A stretch of 37,611 nt of DNA from an uncultured Candidatus Saccharibacteria bacterium. Lineage in GTDB: Bacteria; Patescibacteriota; Saccharimonadia; Saccharimonadales; JAGQNJ01. A model generated the notes under the pieces. It was not told where the DNA came from. It made no database searches and saw nothing but the letters and a program-made list of their open reading frames with translations. The position numbers and the translations under genes were made by a program. This document shows positions 17,030-25,469 of this stretch, one piece after another (position 1 is the stretch's first letter; the number at the start of each line of letters is the position of its first letter). The stretch spans positions 1 through 37,611 of the forward strand of contig CAZTWB010000002.1 of NCBI GenBank assembly GCA_964617035.1. The letters run 5' to 3'.

Positions 17030-18526
17030 ATGAAGCTTTATGTGGGTTATGATAACTATATGGAATCTGTATACTTACCAATTTTAGTGGTAATTTTACA
17101 TTTGATTAATCTTTTTTGTTTGGTTATTTTGATTCGAAGTGGAATACAGATCTTATTTGATCATCCAAAACTGTATTGGACTGATAATACGACAGACGAC
17201 AATTATTGGTTGCGTTTTGGCAAAAAAATTATGCCAAAAGATAAGCTATGGACATCGCTTGATGAAGCAGAAGATCCTGGTAAAGTTGCCTTGCCTGGGG
17301 GTACGCACAACTTGGGTGCTGGCCGACATTGGCACTTTACGGCAGGTATTATTTGGGTAGTAACTGGCGTAATTTATTTGGGTTATTTGTTTTTTAGTGG
17401 GCAGTGGCAAAGGCTGGTGCCGACCGATATCGGCGTTTTTTCTAGGGCGATTGATACAATGATTCAATATCTAACCTTAAATATTCCTGCCGAAGGCGCA
17501 ACATATAACGCCTTGCAACAACTAACTTACGCTGGTGTTGTGTTTATTCTCGCGCCAATAGCTATCATCTCTGGACTGGCTTTATCTCCGGCTTTGGTCG
17601 CAAAGTATCCTGGGTTTTTATGGATTTTTGGAAATCGTCGTCAAGTAGCGAGGAGTGTTCATTTTTTGGCTATGGCTGGTTTTTCGTTGTTTATCTTAAT
17701 TCATATAACGATGGCGATAGGGTTTCACTTTTACGATAGCGTAAAACGTATAACCTTAGGAAATACTAACGTTAATTTTGGTCTAGCATTAACGTTATTA
17801 TTAATGGCGTTAATACTATTAGTAGCATTTAACATCTGGGCTTCTGTGTTTACACTGAATGATCAAGTAAAACTTCGTTCGATTCTTACAAAATTTTACA
17901 CCCCTGTTGTTAGGTTTATTTTTGGCTGGATGAAGTCTGAGCAAAAATATACTAAAAAAGATATTTCTCCGTTTTTTAGAGTTAATGGTTATCCGCCAGC
18001 TTCAACAGAGTACGAAAAACTCAAGGATAATAATTTCAAAGATTGGAAGTTGAAGGTAGATGGTCTAGTGGATAAGAAGCTGGAACTTTCACTTAAACAG
18101 ATTAAAGATCTTAAGAAAAAGAACCAAATAACTAAGCATCATTGTATTCAGGGCTGGACCGCCGTTGCCGAGTGGGGTGGCTTACCTATGAAAGACATTG
18201 TACAGATGTGTAAGCCTCAAAAAAATGCTAAATATGTAGTGTTTCATAGCTATGATATCGATGACCAAGGGCAACCATTCTACTCTAGTTTAAGGATTGA
18301 AGACATGTTTGATAAGCACACAATTCTAGCATACGAAATGAACGGTAAAGATTTGCCAATTGAACATGGCGCACCAATCAGGCTACGGTGCGAGACAAAA
18401 TGGGGCTATAAAATGGCCAAATACATTAGATCCATTGAATTTGTAGAGAGTTTTGAGCATATTGGCAAAGGTAGAGGTGGGCATCGGGAAGACAATGTTT
18501 TCTTTGATTGGGAGGCCTCTATATAA
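17030..18526 (+). CDS. Fusion of a di-heme cytochrome b (b561/PhsC/MsrQ-like) membrane domain with a sulfite-oxidase-family molybdopterin oxidoreductase (MsrP/YedY-like) domain
   Basis: N-terminal half: about 5 TM helices with candidate His ligands (ILHLINL, GRHWHF, RSVHFLA, LIHITMA). C-terminal half: HHCIQGWTAVAEWGG (Mo-ligand Cys context) and YEMNGKDLPIEHGAPIRLRCETKWGYKMAKYIRSIEF. Confidence 0.75.
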   Translation: MKLYVGYDNYMESVYLPILVVILHLINLFCLVILIRSGIQILFDHPKLYWTDNTTDDNYWLRFGKKIMPKDKLWTSLDEAEDPGKVALPGGTHNLGAGRHWHFTAGIIWVVTGVIYLGYLFFSGQWQRLVPTDIGVFSRAIDTMIQYLTLNIPAEGATYNALQQLTYAGVVFILAPIAIISGLALSPALVAKYPGFLWIFGNRRQVARSVHFLAMAGFSLFILIHITMAIGFHFYDSVKRITLGNTNVNFGLALTLLLMALILLVAFNIWASVFTLNDQVKLRSILTKFYTPVVRFIFGWMKSEQKYTKKDISPFFRVNGYPPASTEYEKLKDNNFKDWKLKVDGLVDKKLELSLKQIKDLKKKNQITKHHCIQGWTAVAEWGGLPMKDIVQMCKPQKNAKYVVFHSYDIDDQGQPFYSSLRIEDMFDKHTILAYEMNGKDLPIEHGAPIRLRCETKWGYKMAKYIRSIEFVESFEHIGKGRGGHREDNVFFDWEASI

Positions 18527-18534
18527 GTGCGAAA

Positions 18535-19740
18535 ATGTTAAAGAAAAAATACAAAAATAAACAACCAAAAAAGGATGCCTACTTTGCTTTGATGATAGCA
18601 ACTACTACCTTAGCGATAAATTTTTGGGCATGGTCACTTCTAAGCCCTATTGGGTTCGGCCTGGCTAAAGATTTACAACTAACGCCAGTGATGCTCTCTA
18701 TCTTGCTAGCAGTGCCAGTTATTATTGGGTCTTTAGGGCGTATATTTATTGGTATGTTGACAGATAGATTTGGGGGAAGAATGATGTTTGTGGTCGTCAG
18801 TATAGTTACTGCAGTATCGGTCTTTTTACTAACCTTTGCTGGCGATTATAAACAATATTTATTATCAGCCACACTGATTGGTTTTGGTGGAACAGCCTTT
18901 GTGGTGGGGATCCCATTTGTTAGTACTTGGTTTCCGGCAAGTCGTCGCGGTTTAGTGCTTGGTATTTATAGTATGGGCAATGCTGGAACAGCACTTTCGG
19001 GTTTTGCTACTCCATGGCTAGTGAATAATTTTGGTTATGATAAAGCATATATTTTTGTAGCTAGCTTAATAGTATTGTTGGCAATGATTTTTGTTTGTTG
19101 GGGGAAAAATGCGCCAGGATGGAAACCTGCCAAAATGTCTCCAGCTACTCGCTTATTATCGGTGGCTAAATTATCATTCACATGGGATTTGTCGATAGTT
19201 TATGCAGTAACATTTGGAGCATTGATTGCCCTTGGAGTGTATTTACCAACTCTTTTAAAAACAATCTATAATTTGTCTGTTGTGGACTCGGCATTGCGAG
19301 CAGGAGGATTTGTTTTGCTGGCGACTACGGCACGCCCTTTAGGTGGCTGGTTGAGTGATAAATTTGGTGGCAAGTTAGTTATTCAAGTAGCATTATTCTG
19401 CATTGTATTGCTTTCGATATTGGTAGCCTTTCAACCTACTTTGCAGCTACAAACTACTGTTGGATATCTTGCATTGGCATTTACTCTAGGTTGTGCAAAC
19501 GGAGCGGTTTTTGCCTTGGTTGGTAAACTAACCAAGCCAGAAGCAATGGGAAGTATAACTGGTATTATAGGCAGCGCTGGTGGTTTTGGCGGCTTTATTC
19601 CACCAATCTTGCTTGGATTGACTTATCAATACACAAACTCTTATGCTTTTGCGCTAACACTCTTAGGGTTGTCAGCTCTATTTGTTTTACTATTTATCAC
19701 CAAAAGATTCAAAAACAACAAGATCTATTATTGTACTTGA
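18535..19740 (+). CDS. MFS transporter, nitrate/nitrite-porter (NarK/NNP)-like
   Basis: About 12 TM helices. MFS motif A GMLTDRFGGRMM. Gly-rich NNP-like signature IIGSAGGFGGFIPP. The ATG at 18535 lies 8 nt after the upstream stop (alternative TTG at 18508). Confidence 0.7.
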   Translation: MLKKKYKNKQPKKDAYFALMIATTTLAINFWAWSLLSPIGFGLAKDLQLTPVMLSILLAVPVIIGSLGRIFIGMLTDRFGGRMMFVVVSIVTAVSVFLLTFAGDYKQYLLSATLIGFGGTAFVVGIPFVSTWFPASRRGLVLGIYSMGNAGTALSGFATPWLVNNFGYDKAYIFVASLIVLLAMIFVCWGKNAPGWKPAKMSPATRLLSVAKLSFTWDLSIVYAVTFGALIALGVYLPTLLKTIYNLSVVDSALRAGGFVLLATTARPLGGWLSDKFGGKLVIQVALFCIVLLSILVAFQPTLQLQTTVGYLALAFTLGCANGAVFALVGKLTKPEAMGSITGIIGSAGGFGGFIPPILLGLTYQYTNSYAFALTLLGLSALFVLLFITKRFKNNKIYYCT

Positions 19741-19909
19741 AGAGTATTTAATATTGACTAGCCTCAACTATACTTGTATCGAATCAAAAACATATATAAA
19801 CTATCTAAGACTTTGCGTTATGTGTCGAAATATAGTTATTTAGTTTACATGTCATGTGTCATAGTGTCTATTTAATTCATTAGCTACCAAAGTAATGTTT
19901 CTTTGTCCT

Positions 19910-20035
19910 CTAGTGTCCCGCCGGCAAATCAAGATCGTTACCAAACACAGGGTGATTGTTTCTAGACATAATTAGATACTTATCCATAGGATCGATCAGG
20001 ATGATTTTAGCTACTTTATTCACGGTAATAATCAT
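19910..20035 (-). pseudogene. NUDIX hydrolase remnant (N-terminal 41 codons, then stop and frameshift)
   Basis: By-eye translation MIITVNKVAKIILIDPMDKYLIMSRNNHPVFGNDLDLPAGH-TAG. The next frame continues LEDKETLL, i.e. the start of a NUDIX box (GGx5Ex7RE). Not in the supplied ORF track because it is under 60 aa. Confidence 0.35.
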
Positions 20036-20108
20036 ATTCAAGAACAATAGCTAATACATACTGAAATTCAATACATCTTGCGCTAACCAGATCGTATAAT
20101 TTACAGAT

Positions 20109-20627
20109 TCATTGTTTCTTAGTTGTAAATAAGAAGTAAATTGGAATACATATAATCAAGAAGGTTAATATTAGTCCCGGATATAATAATGGGAGCAGTA
20201 TTTCATTTGCTAGGTAGTTGCCGTTTTGCATGACACCTAAAGCTATTACTGCAACTAGTACAAGGCAAATAAGCATAATTATGTGGCAGATAGCAAAAGA
20301 CCAATCTATTAATAAGTTGGGTTTTGTTGGTTGCTTAATATAGAACAAATATAAGTAGAGTATTGCGCGAATCACAAAAACAGCTCCAAAAATAATAAGA
20401 GGCATAAACACTTTTTGTGAGATGTCAACAATTGCCGAGCTGTACAACCACATAAAGTAAGTAATTCCTAATATTAAGAACGTATGCGTGACCTCCCAGG
20501 TCGCATGAAGGTAGGCACCACCTTTATCTAGAGGTTTGCCGATTCGTCTAAATGAAATACCTGTCTCGACCAAGAACAAAGCTACATAGCAAAGAATCGG
20601 AATAACTACAAACCAAATCGCAGACAT
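20109..20627 (-). CDS. Half-size cytochrome bd subunit-II-like membrane protein (172 aa, about 5 TM)
   Basis: TAATG overlap with the cydA stop (20625-20629). The N-terminal pattern IWFVVIPILCYVALFLVETGISF ... HATWEVTHTFLIL ... VFVIRAILYLYLFY is colinear with the first ~170 aa of CydB (IWW..TDGFDMG ... HWDGNQVWLI ... RPVGFDYR). The CydB C-terminal half is absent. Confidence 0.5.
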   Translation of the reverse strand: MSAIWFVVIPILCYVALFLVETGISFRRIGKPLDKGGAYLHATWEVTHTFLILGITYFMWLYSSAIVDISQKVFMPLIIFGAVFVIRAILYLYLFYIKQPTKPNLLIDWSFAICHIIMLICLVLVAVIALGVMQNGNYLANEILLPLLYPGLILTFLIICIPIYFLFTTKKQ

Positions 20628-21961
20628 TAAAATACGCCTTTTTGTGGTTTTATTTTGCCATGCCTTTTAATCAGTACCCATATTGCTAGAGAAGTAACAA
20701 TAAATAATATCAGAAATAAAATTGGAAATACGTATCCCCATGAACCAATTTGTCCACTGAACGCCTCACTAGTTAGTAAATAACCATTTACAACAAATGG
20801 TTGTCTTCCAAATTCTGCAATCATCCAACCAAGCTCAACAATAATGATGGCCAGTGGCCCTAAAGGTAATAGCGCTATTAGCATGGGTTTTTTATAGCGC
20901 CAATCTCGATATTTTTGTTTAATCTTTTTGTAGTGCAATGATGTAAATATCAATGTAGTAATTGTGACAAGACCCACTAGTAACATTTTGAATTCAAATA
21001 ACAGATTAATAAACAACATTGGCCAGGTTTCTTTTGGAAAATCCTGTAAGCCAATTATCGTGGTTGATGGACTATCGCCTACCATGATACTGAGCATGCT
21101 TGGTATACGAATGCCACTCTCTACGGTTCCGTCTTCTTTCCAGTGTCCGCCAATAATATAAGGTGCGTTTTCCCTGGTTGTTGCGTTGAGTTCCATAGTT
21201 GCAAACTTACGAGGTTGTGATTGCGCCAAGTATCTTGTTTGAAAATGTCCAATAACCCCAGTCATTACTATAAATACGATGGCGGTTACAGACAATGTGA
21301 ACATAATCTTTTGAGTTGCAACTTTACTTTCTTTTACCGGCTTATATCTCAAACAATAATATGCATATACACCCAAAACACACAGTAAGGTTGCCAGGTA
21401 ATAACCAGATACTGAATGCGCTATCATAAAAAATGCGGTTTTGGAAAGTAAGTGAGCGAGCGGATCTGTGGTCTGAACAACCCCATTAGTGATTTCTAGA
21501 ACTCCAGGATTCTGCATCCATGCATTGCCTAATGTAATTGCAAAGGCTGAACCAAGAGATCCAAGTGCAACCGGAACGCCAAGCCACCAATGACGCCAAC
21601 CCTTAATCTTCTTCCAGGTGGATACATAAAAAGCCAGAAATACGGCCTCGATCATAAATGCATAACCTTCCCAGCCAAATGCTAGCCCCATTATTGGTCC
21701 ACCGAATTTAACAAGTCCAGACCACATCATCGACATCTGTATGGCAATAATTGTTCCAGAGGCTACACCGGCCACAACCAGAACAAGGGTTGCGTAAGAG
21801 ATTCGCCTAGCATGCTCAAGAATTATTGGATCCTTTTTTCGAATGGCTTGTTGCTCAACTAGGAGAATCACCAAAGGTAACCCAACGCCGAGTAATGCGA
21901 AGATTATATGAAATGCAAGGCTATCTGCCATCAATGTGCGCGCCGCATCTACGTTTAACAT
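20627..21961 (-). CDS. cydA: Cytochrome bd-type quinol oxidase subunit I (short Q-loop)
   Basis: 444 aa. Conserved ligand contexts: LAFHIIF (His19 equivalent), FGWEGYAFMIEA, MIAHSVSGYY (His186 equivalent), Q-loop QPRKFATME, FEFKMLLVG, and AEFGRQPF. Confidence 0.85.
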   Translation of the reverse strand: MLNVDAARTLMADSLAFHIIFALLGVGLPLVILLVEQQAIRKKDPIILEHARRISYATLVLVVAGVASGTIIAIQMSMMWSGLVKFGGPIMGLAFGWEGYAFMIEAVFLAFYVSTWKKIKGWRHWWLGVPVALGSLGSAFAITLGNAWMQNPGVLEITNGVVQTTDPLAHLLSKTAFFMIAHSVSGYYLATLLCVLGVYAYYCLRYKPVKESKVATQKIMFTLSVTAIVFIVMTGVIGHFQTRYLAQSQPRKFATMELNATTRENAPYIIGGHWKEDGTVESGIRIPSMLSIMVGDSPSTTIIGLQDFPKETWPMLFINLLFEFKMLLVGLVTITTLIFTSLHYKKIKQKYRDWRYKKPMLIALLPLGPLAIIIVELGWMIAEFGRQPFVVNGYLLTSEAFSGQIGSWGYVFPILFLILFIVTSLAIWVLIKRHGKIKPQKGVF

Positions 21962-22124
21962 TAGCTATATAATAGCAGATTTTTCTTTGCGACACATTGG
22001 TTGATAATCAGATGCTCTGCTTCGACTTGGTATAAAATATGTTTTTCCTTGCAGAATAAAATTATCCATTAGGATGATGGTTCGGACTTCTTTCTTTAGT
22101 AGTTCGTTGCATGTATCACCAGCT

Positions 22125-22194
22125 ATTACAGGATTGGAGTATACAAAAAGAGACAAATGAGACACGAAACACATATTACCTGGTGTTTCATTTT
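22125..22194. repeat. Conserved intergenic element, copy A (core GAGACAAATGAGACACGAAACACA at 22150-22173)
   Basis: The 24-nt core is identical to 25833-25856. Flanking matches ATTACAGG (22125-22132 vs 25807-25814), ACAAAA, TATT and TTTCAT. Local hairpin GAAACAC(22166-22172)/GTGTTTC(22183-22189). Confidence 0.8.
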
Positions 22195-22302
22195 GGGGCA
22201 ACATACTAAACATAAGCCACGCATTACGCAATCAATCCTACAACTCACAAGATGGTGCGTTGCGTCAATGCATTTATTAAGGCGGTGAGGTATTATATAC
22301 TA

Positions 22303-22848
22303 ATGAAGTACGTTGTTTTGCTTAGAGGCGTGAATGCTGGTGGTAAAAATCGTGTTTCGCAATCAGACTTTCAAAAAGTTTTAGAAAGTTACGGATTTAG
22401 TGATGTACGAATATACATCAATTCAGGCAATGCAATTGTTTCGAATAGTAAAGTTCCAGATTCTGAGGCAGTACAGTTTGCACTTGAAAAGCATTTTGGG
22501 TTTGCAATTCCTGCACTAATCATAGCTAAGGATAGGTTTTTACGAATTGCTAATTCAATTCCAGATAGTTGGACAAATGACCCGATCAGACCAGATAAGT
22601 CTGGCCAGAAGTCTGATGTGATATTCTTGTTTGACGAAATTAATACCCCTGAGATTATCGATAAAATTGGCCATAAACCAGATGTTGAAACAATGATATA
22701 TATTGATGGAGCCGTGATCACCAATGTCTCACGCGCAAATCAACTGAAGAGCAGTCTGCAAAAACTCATCAGCAACAAAGCTATCTACGACAACGTAACT
22801 ATAAGGAGCATAAATACTGTCAAAAAACTAGCTTTGCTGGTTGAATAG
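22303..22848 (+). CDS. DUF1697-family protein
   Basis: MKYVVLLRGVNAGGKNRV N-terminus is the hallmark of DUF1697. The ATG at 22303 has GGTGAGG upstream. Confidence 0.7.
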   Translation: MKYVVLLRGVNAGGKNRVSQSDFQKVLESYGFSDVRIYINSGNAIVSNSKVPDSEAVQFALEKHFGFAIPALIIAKDRFLRIANSIPDSWTNDPIRPDKSGQKSDVIFLFDEINTPEIIDKIGHKPDVETMIYIDGAVITNVSRANQLKSSLQKLISNKAIYDNVTIRSINTVKKLALLVE

Positions 22849-22860
22849 TAAGAAACTTTC

Positions 22861-23151
22861 TTAAGATTGATGTAACCGGGATAAATCAGGCGAAATTGCG
22901 ATTTCAACATTGTCGCCGGCAATTAATGTTTCAGCTTTTCGCACATCGGCTTTGATTGCCACGAACCACCGCCCTTTGCCCATGCTCATGGTTGTAGTTG
23001 GCCAAGATGTTTTTTCTATCGTGATCAAAACTGGAACGTTGCCATTTTTCTTTGCTTGTCCTTGTAGTTTTTTATGAATTCCCAGTGGGATGAGCACATA
23101 GTGCCAGCCACCCTTGGTATCGACCTTTTCAATTTCTGCCTTAAAGTTCAT
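22861..23151 (-). CDS. DUF1905-domain protein
   Basis: GGWHYVLIP ... GNVPVLITI ... WPTTTMSMGKGRWFVAIKADVRK pattern. ATGA overlap with the upstream DUF1801 gene (23148-23151). Confidence 0.6.
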   Translation of the reverse strand: MNFKAEIEKVDTKGGWHYVLIPLGIHKKLQGQAKKNGNVPVLITIEKTSWPTTTMSMGKGRWFVAIKADVRKAETLIAGDNVEIAISPDLSRLHQS

Positions 23152-23546
23152 GACACGTCTATCCTGTTTAGTTGGCCTTTGTTTTTGATGATGTCTTTGT
23201 AATTCCACTGAATATCATGGGCTTTTTGAAGCCAGCGTTTGACATCTGATTCGTTAATTTGCGACACATCTGTGTATTTAATTTGAGCCGCTTTAAACTT
23301 GCCTTCATTCTCTAAACCTGGCTCGTCAAAACTCTGCCCACTCCAAAACAGTAGCGCCACACCGTGTTTACGCACCCAATAGCCTACAACTGGGTTGCCA
23401 TCAATAAACCAAACCGGACCACCGTGCCAGAGTTTATTGGTAGAATCGGCTAGATTATCTTGGATTAGCTGAGCAAGTTGCCGGCAGATTGCAATATTTG
23501 GACTAACTTGGTCTTCATTATACTTAATTATTGTAGAATCTAACAT
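23148..23546 (-). CDS. DUF1801 (YdhG-like) domain protein
   Basis: KLWHGGPVWFIDGNPVVGY ... ALLFWSGQSF pattern typical of DUF1801. Confidence 0.55.
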   Translation of the reverse strand: MLDSTIIKYNEDQVSPNIAICRQLAQLIQDNLADSTNKLWHGGPVWFIDGNPVVGYWVRKHGVALLFWSGQSFDEPGLENEGKFKAAQIKYTDVSQINESDVKRWLQKAHDIQWNYKDIIKNKGQLNRIDVS

Positions 23547-23555
23547 CTTAACTAA

Positions 23556-24026
23556 CTATCTTCTTAAATCGGTGATGATGATCTTTTTCATTTTCATCAT
23601 ATTTTTAAACGCTACCGGATCATTAACGATTGTATTATCAAAATCTTCGGGCGTTATTTGCCAACTCAGACCGTATTTATCTTTACACCAACCGCAAACG
23701 CTTTCTTCACCGCCATCAGTCGTGAGCTTGTCCCAGTAGTAGTCTATCTCGGCTTGGTCTTTACACATGATCATCAGCGAAATCGCTTCGTTAAATGTAA
23801 AGTTATCGCCCGCATTGAGCGCGGTGTAGCGTTGTCCGAATAATTCAAAATCGATTGTAAGCGGCTTACCGGCAAATTCCTGCTGAAAATCTTTTAAACC
23901 TTCTGTTGGATAATTAGATTGCCCAAGCTTTTTACTGTCTGGGAAAACTGATAAATAAAACTCAACAGCCTCCTCGGCGTTATTGTTAAACCATAAGCAC
24001 GGTACGATTTTTTGTGAATTTGCCAT
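23556..24026 (-). CDS. VOC/glyoxalase-superfamily protein (PhnB / 3-demethylubiquinone methyltransferase-like domain)
   Basis: KIVPCLWFNNNAEEAVEFYLSVFP ... CGWCKDKYGLSWQI is the characteristic signature. SD TAAGGAG upstream. Confidence 0.7.
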   Translation of the reverse strand: MANSQKIVPCLWFNNNAEEAVEFYLSVFPDSKKLGQSNYPTEGLKDFQQEFAGKPLTIDFELFGQRYTALNAGDNFTFNEAISLMIMCKDQAEIDYYWDKLTTDGGEESVCGWCKDKYGLSWQITPEDFDNTIVNDPVAFKNMMKMKKIIITDLRR

Positions 24027-24046
24027 AACTAGTTCTCCTTATATTA

Positions 24047-24523
24047 TTACGCTTTCTGAGCTATCTTTTCGAGTGATTCAAGTGCCTGTCTCCATCCGTC
24101 TTCCATGCCGCTTTCTACCATGCCCTTCAGGTCATCTTGGCTTTGATAGGTGGATATGGTTTTGATTTCAGTCGTATTTTCATCGATTGTGTGGAAGGTC
24201 ATTTTCTCAAGTGCAACATGCCCCCGTTCGGGAAGACCCAAGAATTCAAATGTCCAAATTATTCGCTCGTTGTCTGCTACTTCGTGAAACGATCCACAGA
24301 ACATAAACTCATTGCCTTGTTCGTCGGTATTGGTCATACTGAAGCCCCCGCCGTTTTTGGCATCAAAACTGTGCAACGTTACTTTTGCTCCGCCGCCCAT
24401 CCACTTAGGGAATAGATCTTTATCTGTGTAGGCTTTAAAGACTTTCTGGAGTGGCGCGTTGATCATGGCCGTGCCAAGAATGTTTTGTGAGTTTGCTGGT
24501 ACTTCTACTTTTAATGTTGCCAT
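24047..24523 (-). CDS. SRPBCC-superfamily protein (AHSA1/Aha1-like domain)
   Basis: Fold signature INAPLQKVFKAYTDKDLFPKWMG ... W.FEF ... GWRQALESLEK. Confidence 0.72.
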   Translation of the reverse strand: MATLKVEVPANSQNILGTAMINAPLQKVFKAYTDKDLFPKWMGGGAKVTLHSFDAKNGGGFSMTNTDEQGNEFMFCGSFHEVADNERIIWTFEFLGLPERGHVALEKMTFHTIDENTTEIKTISTYQSQDDLKGMVESGMEDGWRQALESLEKIAQKA

Positions 24524-24540
24524 GGCGGTTGTTCCTTTCG

Positions 24541-25062
24541 TTAGTTAACTTTCGTTGCGGTTAATAATTCTTCGAGCTTGTCGAGCGTCTGAGCGTAGCC
24601 TTCCTTCATGCCCATTTCTAGCACGGTTTTCAGACCTTCCACTGTGTCATAGTGGGTGTCGACCGTAAGTTTGGTTAGGTTATCGCCATTTGGTACGAGT
24701 GTTACGACCGTTCGCGAACTAGGTAATTCCTCGTTCACTGTGCCGTTGTCATCGGTGAAATAATCGGTGTACTCAAAAGCATCTTCGGGGTTGATTTTGC
24801 CAAACGCCATCTTTCCGGCGCTGGTTTTGCCGTACCATTCACCCTGTGACTCATCCTCACATTTCATAACGTAAATGTACTCACCGCCCTCTATGAAATC
24901 ATGTGATTTTACTTCTGTTGACCAGCCTTTTGGTGCAAACCATTGTGCCAGCATAGTGGGGTCGGCGTAGGCCTGCCAGAGTTGGTGCTGACTAGCTGGG
25001 AATGTCCTCTCTATACGTAGCGTTTTGCTATCGTCTAGTATCGTAAAATTTGTTTTATCCAT
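24541..25062 (-). CDS. SRPBCC-superfamily protein (AHSA1/Aha1-like domain), second copy
   Basis: RTFPASQHQLWQAYADPTMLAQWFAPKGW ... GYAQTLDKLEELL. SD AAAGGAGG upstream. Confidence 0.72.
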   Translation of the reverse strand: MDKTNFTILDDSKTLRIERTFPASQHQLWQAYADPTMLAQWFAPKGWSTEVKSHDFIEGGEYIYVMKCEDESQGEWYGKTSAGKMAFGKINPEDAFEYTDYFTDDNGTVNEELPSSRTVVTLVPNGDNLTKLTVDTHYDTVEGLKTVLEMGMKEGYAQTLDKLEELLTATKVN

Positions 25063-25064
25063 AG

Positions 25065-25388
25065 TTAGTCCTCCTTTAATAATGCTTCTAATTTATCGAA
25101 CCGCTCGCCCCACATCTGAGCATAGCGATCGATGTGCTCGCGCGCGATGCCTACGGTGGCTGGCACAATTATCACAACCTGCTCCCTCCCTTGCCGTTTT
25201 TTAATGATCAAACCAGCACGCTCCAGCACTTTGATGTGCTTAGATATTGCCGCAAAAGTCAGCTGGTAATGCTCAGCTATTTCACCAATACTCATTTCAA
25301 TTTTGGCGACTCGTTCCAAAATATTGCGCCTAGTACTGTCCGACAGAGCGGTAAAAAGTAGGTCTAGTTGTTGCGTTCGTTCAACCAT
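25065..25388 (-). CDS. ArsR/SmtB-family winged-helix transcriptional regulator
   Basis: LFTALSDSTRRNILERV ... MSIGEIAEHYQLTFAAISKHIKVLERAGLI. First gene of the minus-strand cassette. ATG at 25388 is preferred over 25421. Confidence 0.85.
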   Translation of the reverse strand: MVERTQQLDLLFTALSDSTRRNILERVAKIEMSIGEIAEHYQLTFAAISKHIKVLERAGLIIKKRQGREQVVIIVPATVGIAREHIDRYAQMWGERFDKLEALLKED

Positions 25389-25397
25389 ATAGTTGAA
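25380..25397. promoter_or_regulatory. Perfect 6-6-6 inverted repeat TTCAAC-CATATA-GTTGAA overlapping the ArsR start codon (candidate auto-operator)
   Basis: Read directly from the sequence. The equivalent site in the pseudogene copy (about 15415-15432) is degenerate (TTCAAC-N6-GTTAAA on the coding strand). Confidence 0.35.
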
Positions 25398-25469
25398 TAA
25401 TACAGTTATCCGATATGTCATGTCAAGCCTTGCGTTTCATCTTACATGTTTGCCGCAAGTGACACTTAA

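Noticed and set aside
21965-22231. 88-aa ORF (and the 91-aa ORF 25645-25920) sharing the peptide CFVSHLS, which could look like a small conserved protein family
   Set aside because: The shared peptide arises from the conserved 24-nt nucleotide core of the intergenic element. Similarity is at DNA level with indels (a CA insertion in copy B) that break any common reading frame. There is no SD site and no further protein-level similarity.
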